Assembly: GCA_011523635.1 (NCBI GenBank)
Contig: WTGI01000009.1
Coordinates: forward strand, 16,781-80,780
Direction of reading: 5' to 3'
Source of the DNA: Acidimicrobiia bacterium
Lineage (GTDB): Bacteria > Actinomycetota > Acidimicrobiia > Spongiisociales > Spongiisociaceae
DNA: 64,000 bases
Shown here: piece by piece, positions 44,767 to 52,793 of the stretch
Numbering within the stretch: position 1 is the stretch's first letter
Layout: each line of letters opens with the position of its first letter
Program-made: the position numbers and the translations under genes
Notes under the pieces: model-generated
What the model was told of the DNA's origin: nothing
The model's input: the letters and a program-made list of their open reading frames with translations, nothing else
The model's database searches: none

Positions 44767-46491
44767 ATGGCGGCTGAACCCGTGGGTCCCGCCGCCGCCT
44801 CCTCGGGCAACCAGCCCCCGAGCGGGTGGAGATCGACCAGGGACTACTTCCTCGCCGGGCTGGTGGCGAGCGGGTTCGCCGTGGCCTTCTCCGAGATGCT
44901 CGCCTCGTTCTTCGTGTCGGCGCCCTCGCTGGTGCTGACGATCGGGCAGAGGTTCATCGACATCACCCCGGCCGCCCTCAAGGACTGGGCCATCGCCGTC
45001 TTCGGCACCAACGACAAGGCGGTCCTGATCGGAGGGATCGTGGTGGTGACGATCATCATCGGCGGCCTGCTGGGTGTGTTGGCCCGCGAGCGCATGCCGC
45101 TGGCTGCGATGGGGTTCGTCGCCTTCGGGGTGCTCGGCTACGCGCTGGGAATCACCGACCCGCTCGCCACGGCAGGCGCCACCTTCATTCCCGCCATAGC
45201 GGCGGCCGGGAGCGGCATCGCCGTGCTGGTCCTGCTCCGTCGCCTCCTCCAGGGACCTGCCGCCGAGGCCGCCGAGGCTATCGATGCCACCGGGGCCGTG
45301 TCGCCGGACTCCCGGCGGGCGTTCATGACCGCTTCGGGCGCCGCAGTCGTTCTCGCGGCGGGCCAGGTGGTGATCGGGCGGCTCGCCGCCGGCCGGACGC
45401 AGTCGGTGGTGGCGGCCCGCGAGCAGGTCACGCTTCCCACGGTGGCCGCCTCACCCTCGACGACCGCCGCCCCCGCCAGCACCACCACGGTGGCTGCCAC
45501 CGTGGCTGTCGAGGAAACGGCGGTGGCGGAGACCACGGCCACCACCGCGGCCGAGACGGAGGTGGTACGCACCGTGGCGGATCCGACACCCGCCCAGATC
45601 GCCCAGGTGGAAGGGGTGTCGGAGTTGATCACGCCCAACGAGACCTTCTACCGGATCGACACCGCGCTCAGCATCCCCAACGTCGACCTGGACACCTGGG
45701 AGGTCAGCTTCACCGGCCTGGTGGACTCACCCTTCAGCCTCACCTATGACGAGTTGACGGCCCTTCCCATGGTGGAGCGCTACATCACCATCTGCTGCGT
45801 CTCGAACTCCGTGGGAGGCGACCTGATCGGCAACGCCAAGTGGCTCGGCGTTCCCCTGAAGGATCTGGTGGAGCGGGCCGGCGTCCGGCCCGAAGGCACG
45901 CAGTTGATCGGTCGCTCGGTCGATCGCTTCACGGTCGGCTTCCCCACCGAGGCGGTATTCGACGGGCGAGAAGCGTTGCTGGCGATCGGCATGAACGGAG
46001 AGCCCCTTCCGGTCAGGCACGGCTTCCCCGCCCGGCTGGTGGTCTCCGGCCTGTACGGGTACGTCTCCGCCACCAAGTGGCTGTCCGAGGTCGAATTCGC
46101 CCGCTGGGAGGACTTCGACGCCTACTGGATACCGCGAGGTTGGGCCAAGGAGGCCCCGATCAAGACCCAGTCCCGGATCGATACGCCCCGCCCGGGCACC
46201 GTGGCCGTCGGCACGCAAGCCATCGCCGGAGTGGCCTGGGCACAGAATCTAGGCATCGACAGGGTCGAGGTCCAGGTCGATGACGGGCCGTGGATGGAGG
46301 CCATCCTGCCTGAGGAGCTCGCCATTGACACCTGGCGCCAGTGGCACGTCGAGTACGACTTCACGCCAGGCCCCCACACCATTGCGGTGAGGGCCACGGA
46401 CCGGTCCGGGTACACCCAGACCTCCGAGATAGTCCCGCCCCGGCCGGACGGAGCGACCGGCTACCACACTGTCCAGGTGGTAGTGGTCTGA
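44767..46491 (+). CDS. membrane-anchored molybdopterin-dependent oxidoreductase (sulfite oxidase / MsrP-like family)
   Basis: N-terminal polytopic membrane domain, an Ala/Thr-rich linker, then a Moco-binding SUOX-family domain (YRIDTALSIPNVDLDTWEVSFTGLV...ITICCVSNSVGGDLIGNAKWLGVPL) and a dimerisation-like C-terminus. Confidence 0.65.
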   Translation: MAAEPVGPAAASSGNQPPSGWRSTRDYFLAGLVASGFAVAFSEMLASFFVSAPSLVLTIGQRFIDITPAALKDWAIAVFGTNDKAVLIGGIVVVTIIIGGLLGVLARERMPLAAMGFVAFGVLGYALGITDPLATAGATFIPAIAAAGSGIAVLVLLRRLLQGPAAEAAEAIDATGAVSPDSRRAFMTASGAAVVLAAGQVVIGRLAAGRTQSVVAAREQVTLPTVAASPSTTAAPASTTTVAATVAVEETAVAETTATTAAETEVVRTVADPTPAQIAQVEGVSELITPNETFYRIDTALSIPNVDLDTWEVSFTGLVDSPFSLTYDELTALPMVERYITICCVSNSVGGDLIGNAKWLGVPLKDLVERAGVRPEGTQLIGRSVDRFTVGFPTEAVFDGREALLAIGMNGEPLPVRHGFPARLVVSGLYGYVSATKWLSEVEFARWEDFDAYWIPRGWAKEAPIKTQSRIDTPRPGTVAVGTQAIAGVAWAQNLGIDRVEVQVDDGPWMEAILPEELAIDTWRQWHVEYDFTPGPHTIAVRATDRSGYTQTSEIVPPRPDGATGYHTVQVVVV

Positions 46492-46518
46492 TCCGGCGGG
46501 GACCTTCTAGTGGTCTGC

Positions 46519-46555
46519 TGGTCTTCGGCGCCAAATCCGACATTTGGTCTTCGTC
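46519..46555. repeat. 35-nt hairpin-containing repeat, copy A (GGCGCCAAATCCGACATTTGGTCTTCGTCTAACG)
   Basis: 33/35 identical to the reverse complement of 47803..47838. It has an internal CCAAAT/ATTTGG stem and lies 28 nt after the stop of the Mo oxidoreductase gene. Confidence 0.6.
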
Positions 46556-46919
46556 TAACGCGGCAGTTGGGTGCGGCGGTCGTCGTGTACTGGCCGACAT
46601 TCGTTCGGCTGCTTCAGGAACTGAGTGCTGTACCGTGATTGAAGACCGGTACATGGAGTTGCTGGGTGATGTTATGGCCCTGGTTCGTGCGCTCCGTGTG
46701 CACGGCCACCATATATTGAGACCGCTGGGCTATCAGCCTGGGATGCCAGCCATCCGATAGTGGCCTCACGGTTCGAGCTTCGCGCTGCGACGAACAACGT
46801 GTGTCACGGTCGGGCCCCCTTGTCTCCGGGCACGGACTTGCGAGACGATATTGGTGAGGACGCGAGGCGCGAAATGCCGAGCCGAGTTGAGCTTGCTTGA
46901 GCCCGCGGGATGCTCCCGG

Positions 46920-47726
46920 TCAGGACCGTTCGAACGCGATTTGTCTCATCTCCCACTCGATGGTCGATTTTGGGCTGGAGCCGCGCGCCATCACGTCGAG
47001 TTCGTAGGCCAGCCGACGGATTGCGTCTGCGCCATACGTGTCGGTAGCGAATCTTCGGTGTCGCCACGCCTCCATATTGAGGCGGAACATCTCCGCTGCG
47101 CGCCGGTCCAGCACGGGCAGTGACCGGACTCCGTTCGCCCTCGTCTGGAGAAACTCCGGCAACCTGATCGTGTCCAATACAGGGCCGATGTAGAGGGTTC
47201 TTCCCTCGTGGTTCAACAGCGAGTTCACGACTTCCAGGTACCGTGACAGCACGCGGTTCGAAGTGGTGATCGACTCCACTTCGTCCAGCAGTAGTACACC
47301 ACCTCTCACAAGCTGCGATCCCCATGCACCGATCACAGCCTCCGGATCCCGAAGGTGTGTAGCCACGAATCGCGCGTACAGAACATCCGCCGGGCCTATA
47401 GGGAAAGGGACAGCAGTCGCATCATGAACGAGGTACCGCTCACTCCCTCGTGCGGTACGCTGCGCCTGGGCCACGTACACCTCGGAGGTGTCCATCCCAA
47501 CTGTTAGGCGCGGTTTCAGTGTTCTGGCGATGAGGCGGGTCGTGTAGCCGGGTCCGCATCCGATGTCTACAGCGAGATTCGGCGGGTCGGGAACTGCCTC
47601 GTTGACGAAGCTACGCGAGGACTCGGCAAAGATCCGGGCCAATAGCCTCAACCGGTCGGAAGCCGTGCTGTCGTCGCCGAACATGTACTCCGCCTCGCCC
47701 GGATCGCTTACCCGTCGTTCAGGCAT
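46920..47726 (-). CDS. class I SAM-dependent methyltransferase (small-molecule type)
   Basis: VDIGCGPGYTTRLIA (motif I) plus post-I and II motifs. The start is probably MPERRV. Confidence 0.65.
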   Translation of the reverse strand: MPERRVSDPGEAEYMFGDDSTASDRLRLLARIFAESSRSFVNEAVPDPPNLAVDIGCGPGYTTRLIARTLKPRLTVGMDTSEVYVAQAQRTARGSERYLVHDATAVPFPIGPADVLYARFVATHLRDPEAVIGAWGSQLVRGGVLLLDEVESITTSNRVLSRYLEVVNSLLNHEGRTLYIGPVLDTIRLPEFLQTRANGVRSLPVLDRRAAEMFRLNMEAWRHRRFATDTYGADAIRRLAYELDVMARGSSPKSTIEWEMRQIAFERS

Positions 47727-47802
47727 GAAGCTGCCATATCTGCCGGAGTTGGCCCAGATCGTGTTGCCCAACCCCAAGCAGCCCACTTGTGGCCTCCCCT
47801 CC

Positions 47803-47838
47803 CGTTAGACGAAGACCAGATGTCGGATTTGGCACCGA
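47803..47838. repeat. 35-nt hairpin-containing repeat, copy B (inverted relative to copy A)
   Basis: CGTTAGACGAAGACCAGATGTCGGATTTGGCACCG, 15 nt after the yebC stop on the yebC sense strand. Confidence 0.6.
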
Positions 47839-47852
47839 TGCTCGGCCAACCC

Positions 47853-48593
47853 CTACTCGGCCAGAGCAGCCAGGTAATCGTCGGGGATGTCGAAGTTCCC
47901 GTAGACGCCTTGCACGTCGGCCAGTTCGTCCAGCGTGTCCACCAGGCGCAGGACCCTGGCGGCGCCGGAAGCGTCCAGCGGGATGGTCGTGGAGGGGAGT
48001 TGGGTGATCTCGGCGGTCTGCACGGACAGTTCGGCCTCCGCGAGGGCGTCCCGGACCGCCGGGAAGTCGGTCGGAGCCGTGATCACCTCGAACTGGTCCC
48101 CGCTCTCGCGGACGTCCTCGGCGCCCGACTCCAGCGCCGCCATCAAGACATCATCCTCCTCACCTTCTACTAGAAGGTAACCCTTCTGGTCGAAGAGGTA
48201 GGCAACTGAGCCCGGCTCGCCGAGGTTGCCCCCGTTCCGGGTGAAGGCGGACCGGATGTCGGAGGCGGCCCGGTTCCGGTTGTCGGTGAGCGCCTGCACC
48301 AGCAGCGCCACTCCCCCGGGTGCGTAGCCTTCGTAGAAGACCGTGTCGAGGCGCTCGCCCACCAGCTCTCCGGTACCCCGCTTGATGGCCCGCTCTATGT
48401 TGTCCTTGGGAACCGAGGCAGACCTGGCCTTGTCGATAGCGGTGGCCAGCACCGCGTTTCCTGCCGGATCGCCACCACCCTGGCGAGCCGCCGCCTCGAC
48501 GGCGCGGCACAGCTTGGCGAACAGGTTGCCCCGCGCCGCGTCCTGGCGCCCCTTGCGGTGCTTGATGTTCGCCCACTTGGAATGACCGGCCAT
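47853..48593 (-). CDS. yebC: YebC/PmpR family DNA-binding transcriptional regulator
   Basis: MAGHSKWANIKHRKGRQDAARGNLFAKL, the diagnostic YebC N-terminus. 246 aa. Confidence 0.85.
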   Translation of the reverse strand: MAGHSKWANIKHRKGRQDAARGNLFAKLCRAVEAAARQGGGDPAGNAVLATAIDKARSASVPKDNIERAIKRGTGELVGERLDTVFYEGYAPGGVALLVQALTDNRNRAASDIRSAFTRNGGNLGEPGSVAYLFDQKGYLLVEGEEDDVLMAALESGAEDVRESGDQFEVITAPTDFPAVRDALAEAELSVQTAEITQLPSTTIPLDASGAARVLRLVDTLDELADVQGVYGNFDIPDDYLAALAE

Positions 48594-48602
48594 CGAGTCT
48601 TC

Positions 48603-49163
48603 TCAGGCCACCAGGTCGATGAGCATCCGGTGGACGCGGTGATCGCCCGTGAGTTCGGGGTGGAAGGCGCACGCCATGACATGGTCCTTTCTTACCAGCA
48701 CGGGCCGGCCGTCGTGGCTGGCCAGCACCTCGATGTCGGGTGCGGTGCTGTCCACCAAGGGCGCCCTTATGAAGACCGCCGGGAACGCATCCTCCCAGCC
48801 ATCCACGGCCAGGTCGCACTCGAACGACTCGTTCTGGCGGCCGAAGGCGTTCCGCTCCACCACCATATCGAGCGCTCCCAGCTGGGGTTGCTCTCCCCTG
48901 GTCACTTTCGAGGCCAGGAAGATCATCCCGGCGCAGGTGCCGAGGGTGGGGAGCCCGTCCGAGATGCGCTTGCGAAGAGGATCGACCAGCCCGTAGAGGG
49001 TGGCGAGCCGCCCGATAGTGGTCGACTCCCCTCCCGGGATGATCAGCGCGTCGATGCCTTCCAGATCGCCGGGCCTCCGGATCTCCCGGGGAACGCCTCC
49101 GGAGGCGGCCACCATCCGGGCGTGCTCGCGGACGTCTCCCTGGAGGGCGAGCACCCCGACCAC
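48603..49163 (-). CDS. pdxT: pyridoxal 5'-phosphate synthase glutaminase subunit
   Basis: VGVLALQGDVREH, GTCAGMIFL (catalytic Cys), class I glutamine amidotransferase of the PdxT type. Confidence 0.85.
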   Translation of the reverse strand: MVGVLALQGDVREHARMVAASGGVPREIRRPGDLEGIDALIIPGGESTTIGRLATLYGLVDPLRKRISDGLPTLGTCAGMIFLASKVTRGEQPQLGALDMVVERNAFGRQNESFECDLAVDGWEDAFPAVFIRAPLVDSTAPDIEVLASHDGRPVLVRKDHVMACAFHPELTGDHRVHRMLIDLVA

Positions 49164-49189
49164 CGGAGCCGGCGCCTCGGGCGCGGTCG

Positions 49190-50092
49190 CTACCAGCCTC
49201 GCTCCTGCATCCGCTGGCCGGCGGGAATGTCGTCGATCTCGATCCCCACCATGGCCTCACCGAGATTGCGGGACACCTTGGCGATGATCTCGGGATCGCG
49301 GTAGAAGGTGGTGGCCTCCACGATGGCCCGGGCCCGGACCGCCGGGTCGCCGCTCTTGAAGATTCCCGAACCCACGAAGATGCCGTCGCATCCCAGCTGC
49401 ATCATCATGGCGGCGTCCGAGGGCGTGGCGATGCCACCGGCGGCGAAGTTGACCACCGGCAGGCGGCCCGACCCGGCCACCTCTCGCAGCAGTTCGACCG
49501 GTGCGCCCATGTCGCGTGCCAGAGCCATCATCTGGTCGTCGCCTGCGGCGGCCGCCTGAGCGATCTCCCGGTTCATCCGCCGCATATGGGTGACGGCTTC
49601 GACCACGTTGCCCGTGCCCGGCTCCCCCTTGGTGCGGATCATGGCCGCGCCCTCCGCGATCCGGCGCAGCGCTTCCCCGAGGTTACGGGCGCCGCACACG
49701 AACGGCGTGGTGAAGGCCCACTTGTCGATGTGGTGATTGTTGTCGGCGGGGGTGAGGACCTCGGACTCGTCGATGTAGTCGACCCCGAGGCTCTGGAGCA
49801 CCTGCGCCTCCACGAAGTGTCCGATCCGGGCCTTGGCCATGACCGGAATCGAGACCGCCTCCATGATCTCCTGGACCTTGCTCGGGTCGGCCATCCGGGC
49901 CACTCCCCCGTGGGCCCGGATGTCGGCCGGAACCCGCTCCAGTGCCATGACCGCCACCGCCCCGGACTCCTCTGCGATGCTCGCCTGGTCGGCGTTGACG
50001 ACATCCATGATCACGCCGCCCTTGAGCATCTCGGCCAGGCCACGCTTGACCAGCAACGTGCCGGTCGTCTCCGCCTTGGTGCCCTGTTCCAT
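49190..50092 (-). CDS. pdxS: pyridoxal 5'-phosphate synthase lyase subunit
   Basis: [46 protein letters not shown]...[34 protein letters not shown], near-canonical PdxS. Confidence 0.9.
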   Translation of the reverse strand: MEQGTKAETTGTLLVKRGLAEMLKGGVIMDVVNADQASIAEESGAVAVMALERVPADIRAHGGVARMADPSKVQEIMEAVSIPVMAKARIGHFVEAQVLQSLGVDYIDESEVLTPADNNHHIDKWAFTTPFVCGARNLGEALRRIAEGAAMIRTKGEPGTGNVVEAVTHMRRMNREIAQAAAAGDDQMMALARDMGAPVELLREVAGSGRLPVVNFAAGGIATPSDAAMMMQLGCDGIFVGSGIFKSGDPAVRARAIVEATTFYRDPEIIAKVSRNLGEAMVGIEIDDIPAGQRMQERGW

Positions 50093-50172
50093 GGCGAATT
50101 CGTCCTTTCGATAGTACCAGTTATCAGGAATATTCTACCGGGTCCAAGCCTCAACGCAACCTTTAGAAGTTG

Positions 50173-51276
50173 CTATCCGGCGCGGGCGGCCAGGCGGTAC
50201 AACTCGACGTACCGGGACATCACCCTCCCCCAGTCGAACCGTTCGACCCGGGCCGAGGATCCCCCCGCCAGGCGTTCCCTCAGGCCGGGGTCGGCCAGCA
50301 CCGCCTTGAGGGCGCCGGCCAGGGCGGCGGGGTCGCCGTTCTTGAACATGAGGCCCGTCCCGCCGAGTACGTCCTCGAATGCGGGCAGGTCGCTGGCCAC
50401 CACGGCGCATCCCGCCGCCATGCCCTCCGCGACGGTTATCCCGAAGCTCTCTCCACCCCGGTTGGGGGCGCAGAACACGCCGCTACCGGCCAGGACGGAG
50501 CGCTTCTCGGCCTCCGACACCCGGCCCAGGTACTCGACGCCCTCGGTCGGGGGCGACTCCCCGCCACCGACCACCACCAGCCGGGCGTCCGGCACCTCGG
50601 AGCGCACGACCGGCCAGGCGGACAGCAGAAGGTCCCGGCCCTTACGAGGGTCGGGCCGGCCTACGAAGGCCACCCGGCGAGGATGGCGCCGCGCTTCGAC
50701 CCGGAAGGAGGGCACATCGACGGCGTTGGGTATCTCCACCGGGTCGAGACCGAGTTGCTCCACGGCGCTCCGGGCGGTCCGGCTCACCGCGGTGGCCACC
50801 ACGTCTCCCAGCAACAGCCTCACCAGGCCTCTCCCCCATCGGTACGCGGCGCGGAACATGGGAGACGGATCGGCGTGGAAGGTGACCACCGTGGGTCGTC
50901 CGGTCCGGAGCGCCGCCCATCCGACCAGGGGAACCATGGGCTCGTGGACGTGGATGACGTCCGCGCCGGCCACGGCTGCCCGCACCCGGCGGACGGCTAC
51001 GGGAGACAGGGCGATGGGCGCTCGGGACCGGTTTACCGGAAACATGACCGGCCGGCCAGCGTTCGTCGCCGCAGCGCCGGATCCGGCTCCCGGACCCACG
51101 GCGAAGGCTTCCTCGCCCTGCCGCCGCAGATGCTCGACCAGCCCGAGTACCTGCTGCTGGACACCGCCCGGGATGTCGAGGGCGTAGGGCGAGATGACGG
51201 CGACCCTCAAGCATCCTCCCGGCGCCGCTCGAGGAAGTCGCGGTCGGACGGCCAGTTGGGTTGTACGAGGTGCCAT
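50173..51276 (-). CDS. GT4 family glycosyltransferase (PimA-like phosphatidylinositol mannosyltransferase candidate)
   Basis: GT-B fold with GGV N-terminal motif (VAVISPYALDIPGGVQQQV) and C-terminal EX7E-like region. Synteny with pgsA1 and the acyltransferase as in mycobacterial pgsA1-patA-pimA. The start is uncertain because of overlap with the upstream gene. Confidence 0.65.
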   Translation of the reverse strand: MAPRTTQLAVRPRLPRAAPGGCLRVAVISPYALDIPGGVQQQVLGLVEHLRRQGEEAFAVGPGAGSGAAATNAGRPVMFPVNRSRAPIALSPVAVRRVRAAVAGADVIHVHEPMVPLVGWAALRTGRPTVVTFHADPSPMFRAAYRWGRGLVRLLLGDVVATAVSRTARSAVEQLGLDPVEIPNAVDVPSFRVEARRHPRRVAFVGRPDPRKGRDLLLSAWPVVRSEVPDARLVVVGGGESPPTEGVEYLGRVSEAEKRSVLAGSGVFCAPNRGGESFGITVAEGMAAGCAVVASDLPAFEDVLGGTGLMFKNGDPAALAGALKAVLADPGLRERLAGGSSARVERFDWGRVMSRYVELYRLAARAG

Positions 51277-52112
51277 TGGGTGGGTGCTTCCCGGATCATG
51301 TCCTCGTACCGGTGCGCCAGCTGCTGGGTGATGCTGGCCATCCGGTCCGGGTCCTCCAGACCGGGATCCTCGATGGGTGCGAGCACCACCACTCGGTGAC
51401 CCGCGCCCCGCTTGAAGTACGAGACCACGGGGAGCAGGACCGCGGCGTTGCGGATCGCCAGGGCAGCCGGGCCGGCCGGCAGGGTGGTCCTCTCACCGAA
51501 AAACTCCACCTCCACGCCGCGCCCGCCGATGTCACGGTCGGCGACCAGCGCGATGACCCGTCCCTCCATCATGTCGTTGCGCAGGGCCCGCATCGTGGAC
51601 AGGCCCTCCGCCAGCACCACCCGGATTCCGAGTTGGGCCCGCATGCCGGTGAACCACCGGGCCAGGCGGCGGTTGGCCAGCGCCTCCGCCACGGCGGTGA
51701 TCTGGACGTTCGCATCCTCCGCCAGGGTGCCCGCCAACTCCCAGTTCCCCACGTGGGGAAGCGCCGCCACGATCGGTCTCCCCGTCTCCTGGGCTGCCCG
51801 GACGTGTTCCAGCCCGGTCAGCGTCACCCGCGACCTCACCGCATCCGCCCGCCGTGGGCGGAACCAGAGCGTCTCCGCCCAGTAGCGACCGTAGGCGCTG
51901 AACACTTCCCGGGCCGCTCGCTCCACGGCCCGCGCATCGCCCCGGCCGAGAACCCTTCCCATATGCCGGATCGCCATGGCCTTGCGCTCCCCCGCCCAGA
52001 GCCAGCAGAGCCGGCCTGCCCAGCGACCCAGGTGGCGGACGATCGGTTCGGGTAGAGCTCCGAAGATCCCGGCGCCTGCCCGGTAGGTCAGGTAGGTGAG
52101 CAGGTCAGTCAC
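51207..52112 (-). CDS. lysophospholipid/lipid A-type acyltransferase (HtrB/PatA-like)
   Basis: LPHVGNWELAG (HX4D-like acyltransferase motif region) and LpxL/PatA-like length. Sits between pgsA-like and the GT4 gene. Confidence 0.65.
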   Translation of the reverse strand: MTDLLTYLTYRAGAGIFGALPEPIVRHLGRWAGRLCWLWAGERKAMAIRHMGRVLGRGDARAVERAAREVFSAYGRYWAETLWFRPRRADAVRSRVTLTGLEHVRAAQETGRPIVAALPHVGNWELAGTLAEDANVQITAVAEALANRRLARWFTGMRAQLGIRVVLAEGLSTMRALRNDMMEGRVIALVADRDIGGRGVEVEFFGERTTLPAGPAALAIRNAAVLLPVVSYFKRGAGHRVVVLAPIEDPGLEDPDRMASITQQLAHRYEDMIREAPTQWHLVQPNWPSDRDFLERRREDA

Positions 52113-52734
52113 CCGATGACAGCTGCCGCCAGGTCTTGAAGAACCGTTGGAACACGGTTAGCCAGGTGAGGATGGCCATGAGCCACAGCATGACCGAGAC
52201 CTGATCGAAGAGGAATCCCGCCGCGAAGAGGATGACCCGCTCGGCCCGGCCCATCAGGCCGCCCCGGCCCTCGACGCGCCCGATGTCGGCCTTGGCGCGC
52301 AGGTAGGAGATGACCAGCGAGGCCCCCAGGCTCAGCACGCAGAGCACGACGAGCGCAGGATCGCCCTCCTGGGGTGAGAGCCGGGAGGTGAGCCAGAAGG
52401 AGCAGGCCGCGAACATGGCCGTCTCGCCGATACGATCGAATACGGAGTCGAGCAGGGCGCCGCGGGGCGAATCCGATCCCGACGCCCGGGCAACCGACCC
52501 GTCCAAACCGTCGAGAGCCGAACCGCCCAGGATCACCAGGGCGCCGAAGACCACGCTGCCGGTGGCCAGCAAGATGGATCCGATGAGGGTTACCACCAGC
52601 CCGGTGACGGTCAGGTGGGCGGGTCGCACCCCGAAGCGGGCCAGGCCACGACCGATTGGCGCCACGACTTTCTCGACATGCTCGCGGGCCCAGACTTCGA
52701 TCACGGTGGCTCCTTCCGCTCGGGAAGCTACCAC
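52105..52734 (-). CDS. CDP-alcohol phosphatidyltransferase (phosphatidylinositol-phosphate synthase PgsA1-like)
   Basis: DGLDGSVARASG (DG..AR...G...) and later D residues, with multiple TM segments. Confidence 0.75.
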   Translation of the reverse strand: MVASRAEGATVIEVWAREHVEKVVAPIGRGLARFGVRPAHLTVTGLVVTLIGSILLATGSVVFGALVILGGSALDGLDGSVARASGSDSPRGALLDSVFDRIGETAMFAACSFWLTSRLSPQEGDPALVVLCVLSLGASLVISYLRAKADIGRVEGRGGLMGRAERVILFAAGFLFDQVSVMLWLMAILTWLTVFQRFFKTWRQLSSGD

Positions 52735-52793
52735 AGACGGCGAGCATCGTATGATTGCCTACACTCGGATGCCCCACAAGGAAGCGGAGGAGG

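Noticed and set aside
46804-47325. 173-aa minus-strand ORF overlapping the methyltransferase gene in another frame
   Set aside because: It is an alternative frame of the methyltransferase gene. The translation is Arg/Gly/Pro-rich and the methyltransferase frame carries the SAM-binding motifs.
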